Part shown: positions 39,411-48,415 of the stretch, piece by piece
Layout of the letters: the number at the start of each line of letters is the position of its first letter
How positions within the stretch are numbered: the stretch's first letter is position 1
Sequence record: NC_004629.1
DNA: 64,000 nucleotides
Strand: one strand, 5' to 3'
Translations under genes and position numbers: made by a program
Notes under the pieces: model-generated
Database searches by the model: none
The model's input: only the letters and a program-made list of their open reading frames with translations
What the model was told of the DNA's origin: nothing

Positions 39411-39776
39411 ATGATTATGGATTATAAATGGCATGATAAGTTCATTATAGAAATTATTAGTAAAAGTTGTAAAAAAGATGGAATCTGTAAAAGTTACTTA
39501 GTACGTAAAGGTTGGAGAGATGTTAATCAGCGTGATTACGCCATTTTATCACGTATTGGTTTCCATGACACTCTTTTGCTTGATGAACATGAAGTCGAAT
39601 ACTATTTGAACAATGTGGTATTTGATATCGTAAAGGCCGTATGGGAGTCTGAAGGTAAACCAAAAGATACTCATATGCATATTCGGGCATTGCGTGTAGA
39701 TATGGATAGTCTATCTGATAGATTCAAGATATATGCTGATGTAAAACTAGATATGGATAAGCACCGGAAATCGTAA
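39411..39776 (+). CDS. hypothetical protein
   Basis: AAGGAG RBS. Confidence 0.75.
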   Translation: MIMDYKWHDKFIIEIISKSCKKDGICKSYLVRKGWRDVNQRDYAILSRIGFHDTLLLDEHEVEYYLNNVVFDIVKAVWESEGKPKDTHMHIRALRVDMDSLSDRFKIYADVKLDMDKHRKS

Positions 39777-39816
39777 AAGATATCCATCGTATACATTTAT
39801 TAATAGGAACCTACAA

Positions 39817-40173
39817 ATGCAACTAGATAAAGACAAATTGAAAGAATTGGTAAATATCATTGAAGAGAATACACGCCTTAAAGGTAAAGTATTCCACCAG
39901 GAAGTCTACTCCAGTGTTCACGGTGAAATAGAGGTTCGCAGTTACGCTGGTACTTTCACTTTTTACAAAGATCATACCACTGAACATTATGCAATGTTTA
40001 ATGTAGAGTTTGACACACATGGTAAGGTAGTTAGATTCATAGCACCTGCACTATTACGTGCGACTGTCATTTGGGAATTGAACGAAGAACCGGAATACTA
40101 CAAAATCAACATCGAGCATATGCTGATCGAAGCAGTAACCAATCACTTCAATACGGCCACACTGCTACCTTGA
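39817..40173 (+). CDS. hypothetical protein
   Basis: AGGA RBS. Confidence 0.75.
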   Translation: MQLDKDKLKELVNIIEENTRLKGKVFHQEVYSSVHGEIEVRSYAGTFTFYKDHTTEHYAMFNVEFDTHGKVVRFIAPALLRATVIWELNEEPEYYKINIEHMLIEAVTNHFNTATLLP

Positions 40174-40207
40174 AGTTAATTGATAACCATAACTCTTATA
40201 AAGCATA

Positions 40208-40735
40208 GTGGATTTTATTATGAATAAACCAGAATTACTTTACCATGGTTCTCTTTATAAACAAGATGAATTAATGCCAGGATTTAAAAGATCTGGTGAA
40301 CTTGTTATGTGGGATGGTATTGAGTCTAACCAATACCTATATGCAACGTCATCTGAAAAAGATGCATCTTATTTAGGTATTGGTAGCGCTATCGAAAAGT
40401 TATTTGATAGTGATAGATATGCTACTGTTGATAGGGATATTACAATCTATTGTCAAAATAATATCGATAAAAGTGATATTTTAAAAATGGTTGTGTATGT
40501 TTATACCATTCCATTTAGGGACTCTGACAAATGGATTAAGAATAATAATCCTCACAATAGCATTGATACTGAGTGGATTACGAAAAACACTATCCATGAT
40601 GTTACTGTAAGGAAATTAGATATTGGTGAATTTTTAAAAGGTGCTCGCTTAACTGTCACTAAAGCACCAGTGGATGTTGATCCATTAAACATCATGTCAC
40701 AATATCGTTCAGTAACAGAGCGTTATCTGTTTTAA
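40208..40735 (+). CDS. putative ADP-ribosyltransferase-fold protein (Arr-like)
   Basis: LYHGS...LMPG...SNQYLYATS...A pattern like the Arr/ART H-G-S and Y-x-T strands; likely start ATG 40220. Confidence 0.5.
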   Translation: MDFIMNKPELLYHGSLYKQDELMPGFKRSGELVMWDGIESNQYLYATSSEKDASYLGIGSAIEKLFDSDRYATVDRDITIYCQNNIDKSDILKMVVYVYTIPFRDSDKWIKNNNPHNSIDTEWITKNTIHDVTVRKLDIGEFLKGARLTVTKAPVDVDPLNIMSQYRSVTERYLF

Positions 40736-40750
40736 TTAAATAGGTTAATT

Positions 40751-41215
40751 ATGTATCACATATCGACAGTATACCTTGGGGATTATGTTTTATTAAGGCC
40801 ATATATTCCAAGTAATAGAGCTGATGGCGAAGACAGTGTAACCAACCGTATATGTGTGGCCCCATCAGTTATTGAATGTATTGCAGCTAAAAGCGGGTGT
40901 TATGATATCGATCTTAATTTACTTGGTTCTAAATCAACTATTTACGCATACCGAAGTAATTCTACTGACTACATTATAGGAAATGTACCTGATCAAAAAC
41001 AATATAGGGAACACTGGTATTTAAAACCAACTTTATTTGCGTATGTTGGCTCTCTGCAATTATTAGAGACTGGGGTGATTAAGGTAAGTAGTGAAGTCGA
41101 TATGCATTCTAAATTAATGGTATCACATCGGTTAAACTACTTCAATAATATTATTAGTAAAGAAGAACTAATACACCATTGGCATATAGAGGCTTTATCT
41201 ATTTTAAATGGTTAG
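40751..41215 (+). CDS. putative ART-fold-like phage protein
   Basis: MYHIS...LRPYIP...GED...RICVAPSV..CI pattern; function unproven. Confidence 0.4.
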   Translation: MYHISTVYLGDYVLLRPYIPSNRADGEDSVTNRICVAPSVIECIAAKSGCYDIDLNLLGSKSTIYAYRSNSTDYIIGNVPDQKQYREHWYLKPTLFAYVGSLQLLETGVIKVSSEVDMHSKLMVSHRLNYFNNIISKEELIHHWHIEALSILNG

Positions 41216-41217
41216 AT

Positions 41218-41244
41218 CATAATTTATTTAAGATCTATATTACA
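41218..41244 (+). promoter_or_regulatory. early promoter, class B context (TATATTAC 41236-41243)
   Basis: cataatttatttaagatcTATATTACa. Confidence 0.7.
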
Positions 41245-41270
41245 AGTGTACTATCAATAAACTAATAGGA

Positions 41271-41633
41271 GTGATACAAGTGGATTTTATAATTGAAATT
41301 ATCGATAATCCCAATAGTGATACTGCGTTGTATGTTTATGATTATTGGGGTACCCTAACTACGGTTGTGGGTAATGCAAAAACCCTGGCAGAAGCATATA
41401 GTTTTAAATATTCATCCATTGACAGCATTGAAAAATTAAAAGCTGTCATTGGTAAAAATATCGAATGCATTTTTAAAGAAATGCATGATCAATCGAATAA
41501 GGTAATTCGTGTTAATATCGTAAAAGTAGATCTAGAGAATAAGATTATTAGTAAGCGCATCGAAATTGTAAAAAGCTATAGTGTTATCAATAGTGATGGT
41601 GAACTTATTCTAATCACAGATGTAGTACGGTAA
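41271..41633 (+). CDS. hypothetical protein
   Basis: GTG start after AGGA. Confidence 0.65.
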   Translation: MIQVDFIIEIIDNPNSDTALYVYDYWGTLTTVVGNAKTLAEAYSFKYSSIDSIEKLKAVIGKNIECIFKEMHDQSNKVIRVNIVKVDLENKIISKRIEIVKSYSVINSDGELILITDVVR

Positions 41634-41674
41634 TTGAATAAATAATTCATTAATTTAACATAGGTGATATAACC

Positions 41675-42511
41675 ATGGCACGTCGTTCTAATAAAATTCG
41701 TATTGGTTTTAACGTATCGCTTAAAGCGCTTGAACGAAATGGATCTGATGTAATTAAACTACATGATGACATCATATCTTGTTTTAGTGAACTATATCAA
41801 AATTACGTAAAAATTGATACAACTACTGACAAAGATGACAAATCACTAAAACAAGGCATTATTGATGTCGTGGTGTATGTCGATCTAAATACAGCGAACC
41901 AAGCCATTCGTTTTAAAGGTATTAGTGATCTGGTAAACCATCTACAGTTTAATGTAATGGCGAATGATGTTATCGTCGATACAAGTGAATATATTCAGCC
42001 TAGCCATATGTCATATATCGAAGATGGTCACCTGAATATGTTAGTGCGTCGAGAAGGTAAAGAGGTTATCAAAACCATTTTCACTGATGAATATGGTGTT
42101 GATCCACTAGTTAATAATGGATCAATAGGAGATGGATGTAGTGTTTCCGGGATCTATCTAATCGGTGAAGAAAATCGGGTTAATAAACTAACACGTATTG
42201 TTTCTAACAACATTCGCAACGGAGAGTTTAATTTCAAGACAGAAGTAAATATCCGTAAATTCTATTGGAGTGTACTCGGAAAACCAAGTGCGCTATTTAA
42301 TGAAATATGGAACCGTAATGGTTTCTATGTGGATGTACTTATTAAGCTAACCAATGGCAAAGTTTATAGTTATGCTAAGAATGGTTTTGTTGGTGGACCT
42401 ACTGAACTAGAATTCCATTATTATGGTGTAACTGATCGAGAAAATTGGGATAATGCATCCGACAATTTCCTATATCAGGAATTCGAGCAACACTGGTCTG
42501 TAAAAATCTAA
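41675..42511 (+). CDS. hypothetical protein, paralogue of 42569..43354
   Basis: shared C-terminal pattern C.V......GE...VN.......NG....Y. Confidence 0.8.
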   Translation: MARRSNKIRIGFNVSLKALERNGSDVIKLHDDIISCFSELYQNYVKIDTTTDKDDKSLKQGIIDVVVYVDLNTANQAIRFKGISDLVNHLQFNVMANDVIVDTSEYIQPSHMSYIEDGHLNMLVRREGKEVIKTIFTDEYGVDPLVNNGSIGDGCSVSGIYLIGEENRVNKLTRIVSNNIRNGEFNFKTEVNIRKFYWSVLGKPSALFNEIWNRNGFYVDVLIKLTNGKVYSYAKNGFVGGPTELEFHYYGVTDRENWDNASDNFLYQEFEQHWSVKI

Positions 42512-42568
42512 TATATAAAGGGCTCTTCGGAGCCCTTTATTTTTTTCTTTATTTGGCAGGAATATAAA

Positions 42569-43354
42569 ATGCATCGTCGAACTATGTACAGATTTAGCTT
42601 ATCATATTCCAATAAACTTATTAATAATAACCCACTTGGCTTTACAGTCGAGAGTTATCTTGAAAGCTGGTTTGACAAACTCAAGTGCCGATTAACTAAA
42701 GGTTATACCAAAAGCCATGCTATTCATTTTCGTGGAAGTTGGAAATACTTTGAGTTAGATCAATATAAGAACAATGCTTTCTTCAATCAATATCACATGG
42801 TGATGCAGTCACTAGAGGATCTAGAAAGAAAGATTAGTGGGGTGATTGGGTTAAGTATCAAAATCACTAAACCAGAACGACATTTATTTCATGTTCTATT
42901 TAACCATGAAAAGATTATTCTATCCCCTAATGGCATTATCTTTGATGTACGTGTTCCAAAACACACCGTGATAGCTAATCCTGAAGTTATGGGATATCGT
43001 AATTGCAATGTAGATAGACTGGCGGTATTTGGCGAGCGCTCTAAAGTTAACTATGTGGTTAAACAAGTACGTTATGCCTTAAAGCAGAAAGGGGTGACAA
43101 CTGTTGCCAATAGTTCAATGGCTCGTTTTTTACATGACCTATTTCATCCAAAATACAGAGACAATCAAATTTATAACTACGGCATGACTATGTCTGATGT
43201 TTATGTAATGGCCGTATTCAAAAATGGGTATACGGAAATCTATGGTAAAGATGTAGGTGAAGTATTTGAAAGTCATACTCTAGATTTCCTAGAGCGTGAG
43301 TACATGATCTGTGGACAATATTTTCCCATGTTATCCAGAGGGCTGCTAGTATGA
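42569..43354 (+). CDS. hypothetical protein, paralogue of 41675..42511
   Basis: AGGA RBS; CNVDRLAVFGERSKVNY. Confidence 0.8.
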   Translation: MHRRTMYRFSLSYSNKLINNNPLGFTVESYLESWFDKLKCRLTKGYTKSHAIHFRGSWKYFELDQYKNNAFFNQYHMVMQSLEDLERKISGVIGLSIKITKPERHLFHVLFNHEKIILSPNGIIFDVRVPKHTVIANPEVMGYRNCNVDRLAVFGERSKVNYVVKQVRYALKQKGVTTVANSSMARFLHDLFHPKYRDNQIYNYGMTMSDVYVMAVFKNGYTEIYGKDVGEVFESHTLDFLEREYMICGQYFPMLSRGLLV

Positions 43355-44877
43355 TTATAGAGACCTTATTGCAATATTACGCCATGTTCATCGACATCTC
43401 TCAAAAGAATATGGTGATGGGTGGTGCGATTGGTATGGCGATTGGTGGTGTATTATGGACCACTATCCGAGGTCTACCAAGTAAGATAGTTAGATTCACA
43501 TTAAATCAATTTACAGTTAGTTTACATATCACTAATACTGGTAATGGTTTAAATGAGAAAAACTTTGACTCATTTATGGAGTGGTATATTAAACAACCAT
43601 TAGCTGGATTTAATCGCCGTTTTTCAACCAACGTTGATGAGCAAAGTTATAGTGCAACTAAACAGAAAATTGGTGTTGGTTTTGGCTTACATTTCTTTCT
43701 GTTTAAAGGTAGGTTATTCTGGTTTGTAAAAGCACGCCGGGATAGCCAAAATGCCAGTCGAGACCAGATGGACATTACTATCCGTGGATTATCTAGAAGT
43801 AGTAAACTTATTATTGATTTAGTTGATGCGTACCACTGGCGTCCAAATGAAATGGGTCTTACTATCTCACATTGGGATGGTAATCGCTGGGGTAATGAAA
43901 TCGAAGTTACTAAACGCGATATCAACACGGTGATTTTGCGTAAAGAGATCAAAGAAGAATTCCTTAATAAGATTGAAGAATTCTATTCTGATCGGAAATG
44001 GTACGATGATCGTGGACTACCCTATAAATTCACTTGTGTTCTAACAGGTCCTCCTGGTACTGGTAAAACCTCAATCAGTAAAGCGATTGCCTCACATTTT
44101 AATAAAAATGTTAGTGCACTGTCATTAGCCTCTATGACCAATGATAGTCTTAGGCGGGCATTTACTACACTACCTAAAGGTAATATTCTTCTAATTGAAG
44201 ATTTCGATGATACCCCGGCAGTTAAAGATCGTGTTTTAAATGATCCTGTAAAACTAGATAAAGAGATAAAGGAATTAGAGAGGAAATATTCTTTTATTGA
44301 TTTAATTGAAAAATATCCGTCTGCATGGGTTGATCTTAAAGATGACTATGAAGGATACTCTGTAGTTGGGTTTAATGACACCATCTATATCTTTGATGAA
44401 AATAGCGATGATCAAGGTTTTGGGATAAGTGCTTATGCTATGGCTGAACTGGGTGTTTCAAAATGGGCCGATGAAAAAGATCCATTATTTACCACAATTC
44501 GCCGATGGTGGAAATTAAAGAAGTGCATGAAGAATGGAATCACGTATGAACAACCAGCTAGCGGATTAACTTTGTCAGCTCTATTAAATGGGCTAGATGG
44601 CATTGTTCCACTAGATGAGACTATGACCATTCTAACTACAAACCATCCTGAGAATATTGATAAAGCACTTCTAAGGAAAGGTCGCGTTGATTACATGGTG
44701 GAGATTCCATATCTACGAGATCAAGAAGTTAGGGAGTATATTAAACTAATGTTCCCTGACTTCGATATTCCTGAAGATATCAGATTTAAAGATCAGCCAG
44801 GGTGTGATGTAATGGCGGCTTTTTCAAATAACCGTTATGACCCTAATGCTTTTATCAATAGTCTATTGAAATATTAA
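43351..44877 (+). CDS. BCS1-like membrane-anchored AAA+ ATPase
   Basis: N-terminal TM, GPPGTGKT, LLIEDFD, LTLSALLNGLDG, ILTTNHPENIDKALLRKGRVD. Confidence 0.85.
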   Translation: MIIETLLQYYAMFIDISQKNMVMGGAIGMAIGGVLWTTIRGLPSKIVRFTLNQFTVSLHITNTGNGLNEKNFDSFMEWYIKQPLAGFNRRFSTNVDEQSYSATKQKIGVGFGLHFFLFKGRLFWFVKARRDSQNASRDQMDITIRGLSRSSKLIIDLVDAYHWRPNEMGLTISHWDGNRWGNEIEVTKRDINTVILRKEIKEEFLNKIEEFYSDRKWYDDRGLPYKFTCVLTGPPGTGKTSISKAIASHFNKNVSALSLASMTNDSLRRAFTTLPKGNILLIEDFDDTPAVKDRVLNDPVKLDKEIKELERKYSFIDLIEKYPSAWVDLKDDYEGYSVVGFNDTIYIFDENSDDQGFGISAYAMAELGVSKWADEKDPLFTTIRRWWKLKKCMKNGITYEQPASGLTLSALLNGLDGIVPLDETMTILTTNHPENIDKALLRKGRVDYMVEIPYLRDQEVREYIKLMFPDFDIPEDIRFKDQPGCDVMAAFSNNRYDPNAFINSLLKY

Positions 44878-44900
44878 TATACTAAAAAGGAATCTGTAAA

Positions 44901-45089
44901 ATGAGTCTACTCAACATTCTAAATACCGTTGCGGCTGCTAATGGTAGGGAAGTAGATGATTTTAATATCACCTATTTAAACGATACGGATGTGTCATCTA
45001 GTTATACCTCATTTCGATATCGGTATGTTGATGAGGATCGTATTGCACATATTTTCATTGTTTCTGAAAAAATCGAACAGGTTCGCTAA
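44901..45089 (+). CDS. hypothetical protein
   Basis: AAGGA RBS. Confidence 0.65.
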   Translation: MSLLNILNTVAAANGREVDDFNITYLNDTDVSSSYTSFRYRYVDEDRIAHIFIVSEKIEQVR

Positions 45090-45237
45090 TTTGTATTGTT
45101 GGCAAAACTAACTGGTTACAATGTAACTGTAAATACATGTATTTAATTTTGAAAACATACTGGAGTTATTGATGTATTGAGTTGAAACTCAATAATAACT
45201 CCTACTTTAATTTAAAAAATACAAAAGGAATATTTCC

Positions 45238-45891
45238 ATGGCGTCAATCATTAGTCTACCTTTTATCAAACTAGTAATCAGCCGTAATAATAATTACACT
45301 GTTAACCATCAGTCAGGTGCTGATAATGTACCTCATCTATGTGTTAAAGTAAAACATTCTAACGGTTATGCCTGGTTCGGTATTATCATTGTTGATTATG
45401 AAAAACGTACCAGTGGTTGGACTGAAGAAGAATTCAATGCAGTTGTAACTCGTTTCCATGAAGCAATGAATTCTCAATGTGATATCCAACGATTAGAAAC
45501 AGACATTAACCGACTAATGGATTCCATCCAAGATGTTGTTACTGGTCGGAAACGACCAACCCTATTCGGCGGTGATAGTAATGACTTCATTCAAATGCAT
45601 CTTCAAAATAATATCCAACTTGATATTTATCGGAATGAAATTAACGAAGATACTCTAACCTATGGTGGGTATCGTGGTAAAGTAAGTCTTCGCCATGGTT
45701 ATGATGAATACAGCTTCTTCCTGTATCATCGTGGTATTATTCTAAACCATTACATCGATGCAGAGATTGCTAAAGAGCTAATTGAAGATGCTCTTAATAA
45801 GACTTTCCCGGAGATTACTTATCTACCGCGAGCCACTGTCGAACCTACAGCAGTGGAACGCACTCGTAATAGACATCTGGATAAAAGTTAA
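45238..45891 (+). CDS. hypothetical protein
   Basis: AAGGA RBS. Confidence 0.8.
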   Translation: MASIISLPFIKLVISRNNNYTVNHQSGADNVPHLCVKVKHSNGYAWFGIIIVDYEKRTSGWTEEEFNAVVTRFHEAMNSQCDIQRLETDINRLMDSIQDVVTGRKRPTLFGGDSNDFIQMHLQNNIQLDIYRNEINEDTLTYGGYRGKVSLRHGYDEYSFFLYHRGIILNHYIDAEIAKELIEDALNKTFPEITYLPRATVEPTAVERTRNRHLDKS

Positions 45892-45892
45892 A

Positions 45893-46306
45893 ATGACTAG
45901 TCAACTTATCGTAGTTGATTTACAAAACCCTAGAAATAAACATATATACAGTGAATTAACTCATGAACATCCTAGAACAATAACATCACATCTAGTTGAA
46001 GAATTAGATGATTTTGATGTTCATCAATATTCATACCAAGCGGAGTATAAATCTGGGATTGATCTTAGATTAATATTCTTTTGGGATGGACCATACACTG
46101 AACCAAGAGAAGAAGGTTACGAACCAACTGATCTAGAGAAAAGGTGTGTGAAGTTGTGTAGGCAATATGAGGCTGCGATTAACGGGCAATTATCTGTAGT
46201 TGATCACTCTCGGTTCCGGACGGTGTGTACCTTCAGATCAGATAATAGTTTACCAACAACTTTAGACTGGATTCATAAAGAACCCCCATCTAAAGAGGTT
46301 ATGTAA
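45893..46306 (+). CDS. hypothetical protein
   Basis: ATG 45893 just after upstream stop. Confidence 0.7.
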   Translation: MTSQLIVVDLQNPRNKHIYSELTHEHPRTITSHLVEELDDFDVHQYSYQAEYKSGIDLRLIFFWDGPYTEPREEGYEPTDLEKRCVKLCRQYEAAINGQLSVVDHSRFRTVCTFRSDNSLPTTLDWIHKEPPSKEVM

Positions 46307-46447
46307 AAAATAGTAAAAGAAATACACTATTCTATGTAGTTCCTTTACGATTGCTCTTTTATCTTAGTTTCAGTTTTGCTGAAGAAGTACCAATGAGATA
46401 CCCTCCCCTGATCGGGGAGGGTTTTTGACATCTAAGAGGAAAATATA

Positions 46448-46828
46448 ATGTGCGAACAACATCGTGTAGTATCTATGAAAGTTACATGCACGCAAGCTCG
46501 CTATCCGATCGGTCTGTGCGATCTCGGATTTGATAATGCTGCTGATGCTCGGCAATATCTACTAGATGTCGTCGAGTACAATATGGATCGTCTCCACCCA
46601 CAACATGCTAATACATTCCAGCTACAAAATCTACAAGACGGGTTCGTAGTATCCTACGATATCGAAAAAGATGGATCCGTTTATCTTCGGTTAACACTGG
46701 CGGCTGTAGCTTATCAATCAATCGATCTTGAGTTGGGGGTTACCGTTAAAGAAAATGAAGGGATCAGTGTTGTAATCAAAAATTGGATCAATGGTGATTA
46801 TACTGCGGGGAACAAATACTTGCAGTAA
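46448..46828 (+). CDS. hypothetical protein
   Basis: GAGGA RBS. Confidence 0.75.
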   Translation: MCEQHRVVSMKVTCTQARYPIGLCDLGFDNAADARQYLLDVVEYNMDRLHPQHANTFQLQNLQDGFVVSYDIEKDGSVYLRLTLAAVAYQSIDLELGVTVKENEGISVVIKNWINGDYTAGNKYLQ

Positions 46829-46837
46829 TACCATATG
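46814..46837 (+). promoter_or_regulatory. bipartite promoter AAATAC-N14-TATG
   Basis: C of AAATAC at 46819, G of TATG at 46837: same 18-nt offset as the seven - strand sites. Confidence 0.65.
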
Positions 46838-46957
46838 TAAAGAATACCCAAATCGGGATCTCCCGGACTATCTCCCTTCAGCGTTCCCGTCCGCAAATGA
46901 AGGTGCCGCCGAGATCCCACCTATTGATAATGCCCTCCCTTCGGGGAGGGCTTTATT
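46837..46957 (+). ncRNA. candidate structured small RNA (possible pseudoknot)
   Basis: own promoter, GC-rich, 8-bp stem gggatctc/gagatccc, crossing pairs cggac/gtccg and ccttca/tgaagg, ends in terminator 46932-46951. Confidence 0.6.
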
Positions 46958-46994
46958 TCGCTTAAGCCTATTTATTTTATTATAAGGAGTGAAA

Positions 46995-47726
46995 ATGACA
47001 TATATCGTAAATGATGGTAAAGTCATGATTGCAGACTGCCTATTAATTGAGCGGAATAATGCAACTGATAGCATTGGGCGACTTCCAGTATTAGATAACG
47101 GTTATATTGATCTAACTGCTAAAGCTGAAGGTGTAGATGTATATTACAATGATTGCCACAAGATAATTTTTCATCCGACTGTTACTTGGCAAGGCAAACG
47201 TGTTAAAACTATGGCTTTTGCTGGAACTATAGATAATGTTTATGATCTATTGAATGCCCTTACCGCAGGTGTTGATTTAGCTGATTGGTTTAAAGTTGAA
47301 GTAAATATCTTGCCAGTCATAGAACGCAGGTTGTTTAATGGTAATACTTCTATGATGTTCACTATGGAGAATGGTGACATATATACAGTTATTCTTAAAG
47401 ATATGAGTATCGAGATCACCAAGAAAGATTGGGCTCATTTAGGTAGTGGTGTAGATGCAGTTAATAGTGTACTTGAGTTTATCCCTAATTGTAATGATAA
47501 TGGATCAACCAAACTAACTGCACTTGAAGCATTTGCTATTGCATGTGCACATACTACTACTGTAAGTCGTAAATTTGATTATTACATCCATGCTACAGGT
47601 GAGTACAAGCAAAATCAGGAACTATCAACTAAACAACTAAAATGGATTCTGGCGCGTATTCAAAAGCGGATGGATCTTACCTGCATTTTCAATGACCGCG
47701 AATATGCCAATAACATATGGGGTTGA
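46995..47726 (+). CDS. HslV/proteasome-like Ntn-hydrolase
   Basis: M-T start (Thr nucleophile position), DGKVMIAD, K, FAGT, LGSG, ALEAFAIA: layout typical of phage HslV-family peptidases; AAGGAG RBS. Confidence 0.55.
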   Translation: MTYIVNDGKVMIADCLLIERNNATDSIGRLPVLDNGYIDLTAKAEGVDVYYNDCHKIIFHPTVTWQGKRVKTMAFAGTIDNVYDLLNALTAGVDLADWFKVEVNILPVIERRLFNGNTSMMFTMENGDIYTVILKDMSIEITKKDWAHLGSGVDAVNSVLEFIPNCNDNGSTKLTALEAFAIACAHTTTVSRKFDYYIHATGEYKQNQELSTKQLKWILARIQKRMDLTCIFNDREYANNIWG

Positions 47727-47731
47727 TTTGT

Positions 47732-48247
47732 ATGAGTGATTCTAATATGGATATGCTATATTACACTAATGTAAATTGGGAACAATATTTTCATCACGTG
47801 AAACAACGGGCAGATGATACTGTTAAAGTAATGTATAAACCTGAATATGAAGATCTTATTGATGAAGCATGTAGACCATTGATTAAATGGTTTAACCAAT
47901 TCACCAATATTGCAACTATTTATTGCTGTTCAGGTCATGTTGATGAAGAAACTGGTGGTAGCCCTGGATACATTAGTATTTTATTTCAAGATACCAATGC
48001 AGAGAATTCTGTAATGCGTTTATTGCGTGAAGCAATGTGTAAGGGGCGTGAGTGTAAGATCCCATTCGAAATTGAACTGGGGGTTTATTTCGGGCATCTA
48101 CATGAGACCATTGATAAAAATCACTGGGTCGCCAATCTAATTATCCGCACCAATAGCTACAAACGTAAAAATACGTATGATCGCTATTGGCATCGTCTTT
48201 ACAACATCATAACAACATGTAATACTGAGGGTTTATACACCATCTAA
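47732..48247 (+). CDS. hypothetical protein, possibly TYW3-like fold
   Basis: IDEACRPLIKWFN...ATIYCCSGH resembles the TYW3 ID..I..L...N...T..SCSGR motif. Confidence 0.45.
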   Translation: MSDSNMDMLYYTNVNWEQYFHHVKQRADDTVKVMYKPEYEDLIDEACRPLIKWFNQFTNIATIYCCSGHVDEETGGSPGYISILFQDTNAENSVMRLLREAMCKGRECKIPFEIELGVYFGHLHETIDKNHWVANLIIRTNSYKRKNTYDRYWHRLYNIITTCNTEGLYTI

Positions 48248-48265
48248 AGAATCTGAGATAATTTA

Positions 48266-48415
48266 ATGAATGATATTAAAAATACATTATTAGTTAGATT
48301 AAAGAGGAAACAAAAAGCTAAGCGTATAGATAAATTGCAAAGACTAGGTTTATGGTTTATTCTATTGCTATGTGTATCTAATCTATTTGTCCAATTAATA
48401 AAAGGTATATTCTAA
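48266..48415 (+). CDS. small membrane protein, 49 aa (not in ORF track)
   Basis: basic N-terminus then LGLWFILLLCVSNLFVQLI; abuts next ATG. Confidence 0.5.
   Translation: MNDIKNTLLVRLKRKQKAKRIDKLQRLGLWFILLLCVSNLFVQLIKGIF

Noticed and set aside
46791-47074. ORFs 46791..46985(+) and 46868..47074(-)
   Set aside because: They run through a terminator hairpin and structured RNA, with no RBS.
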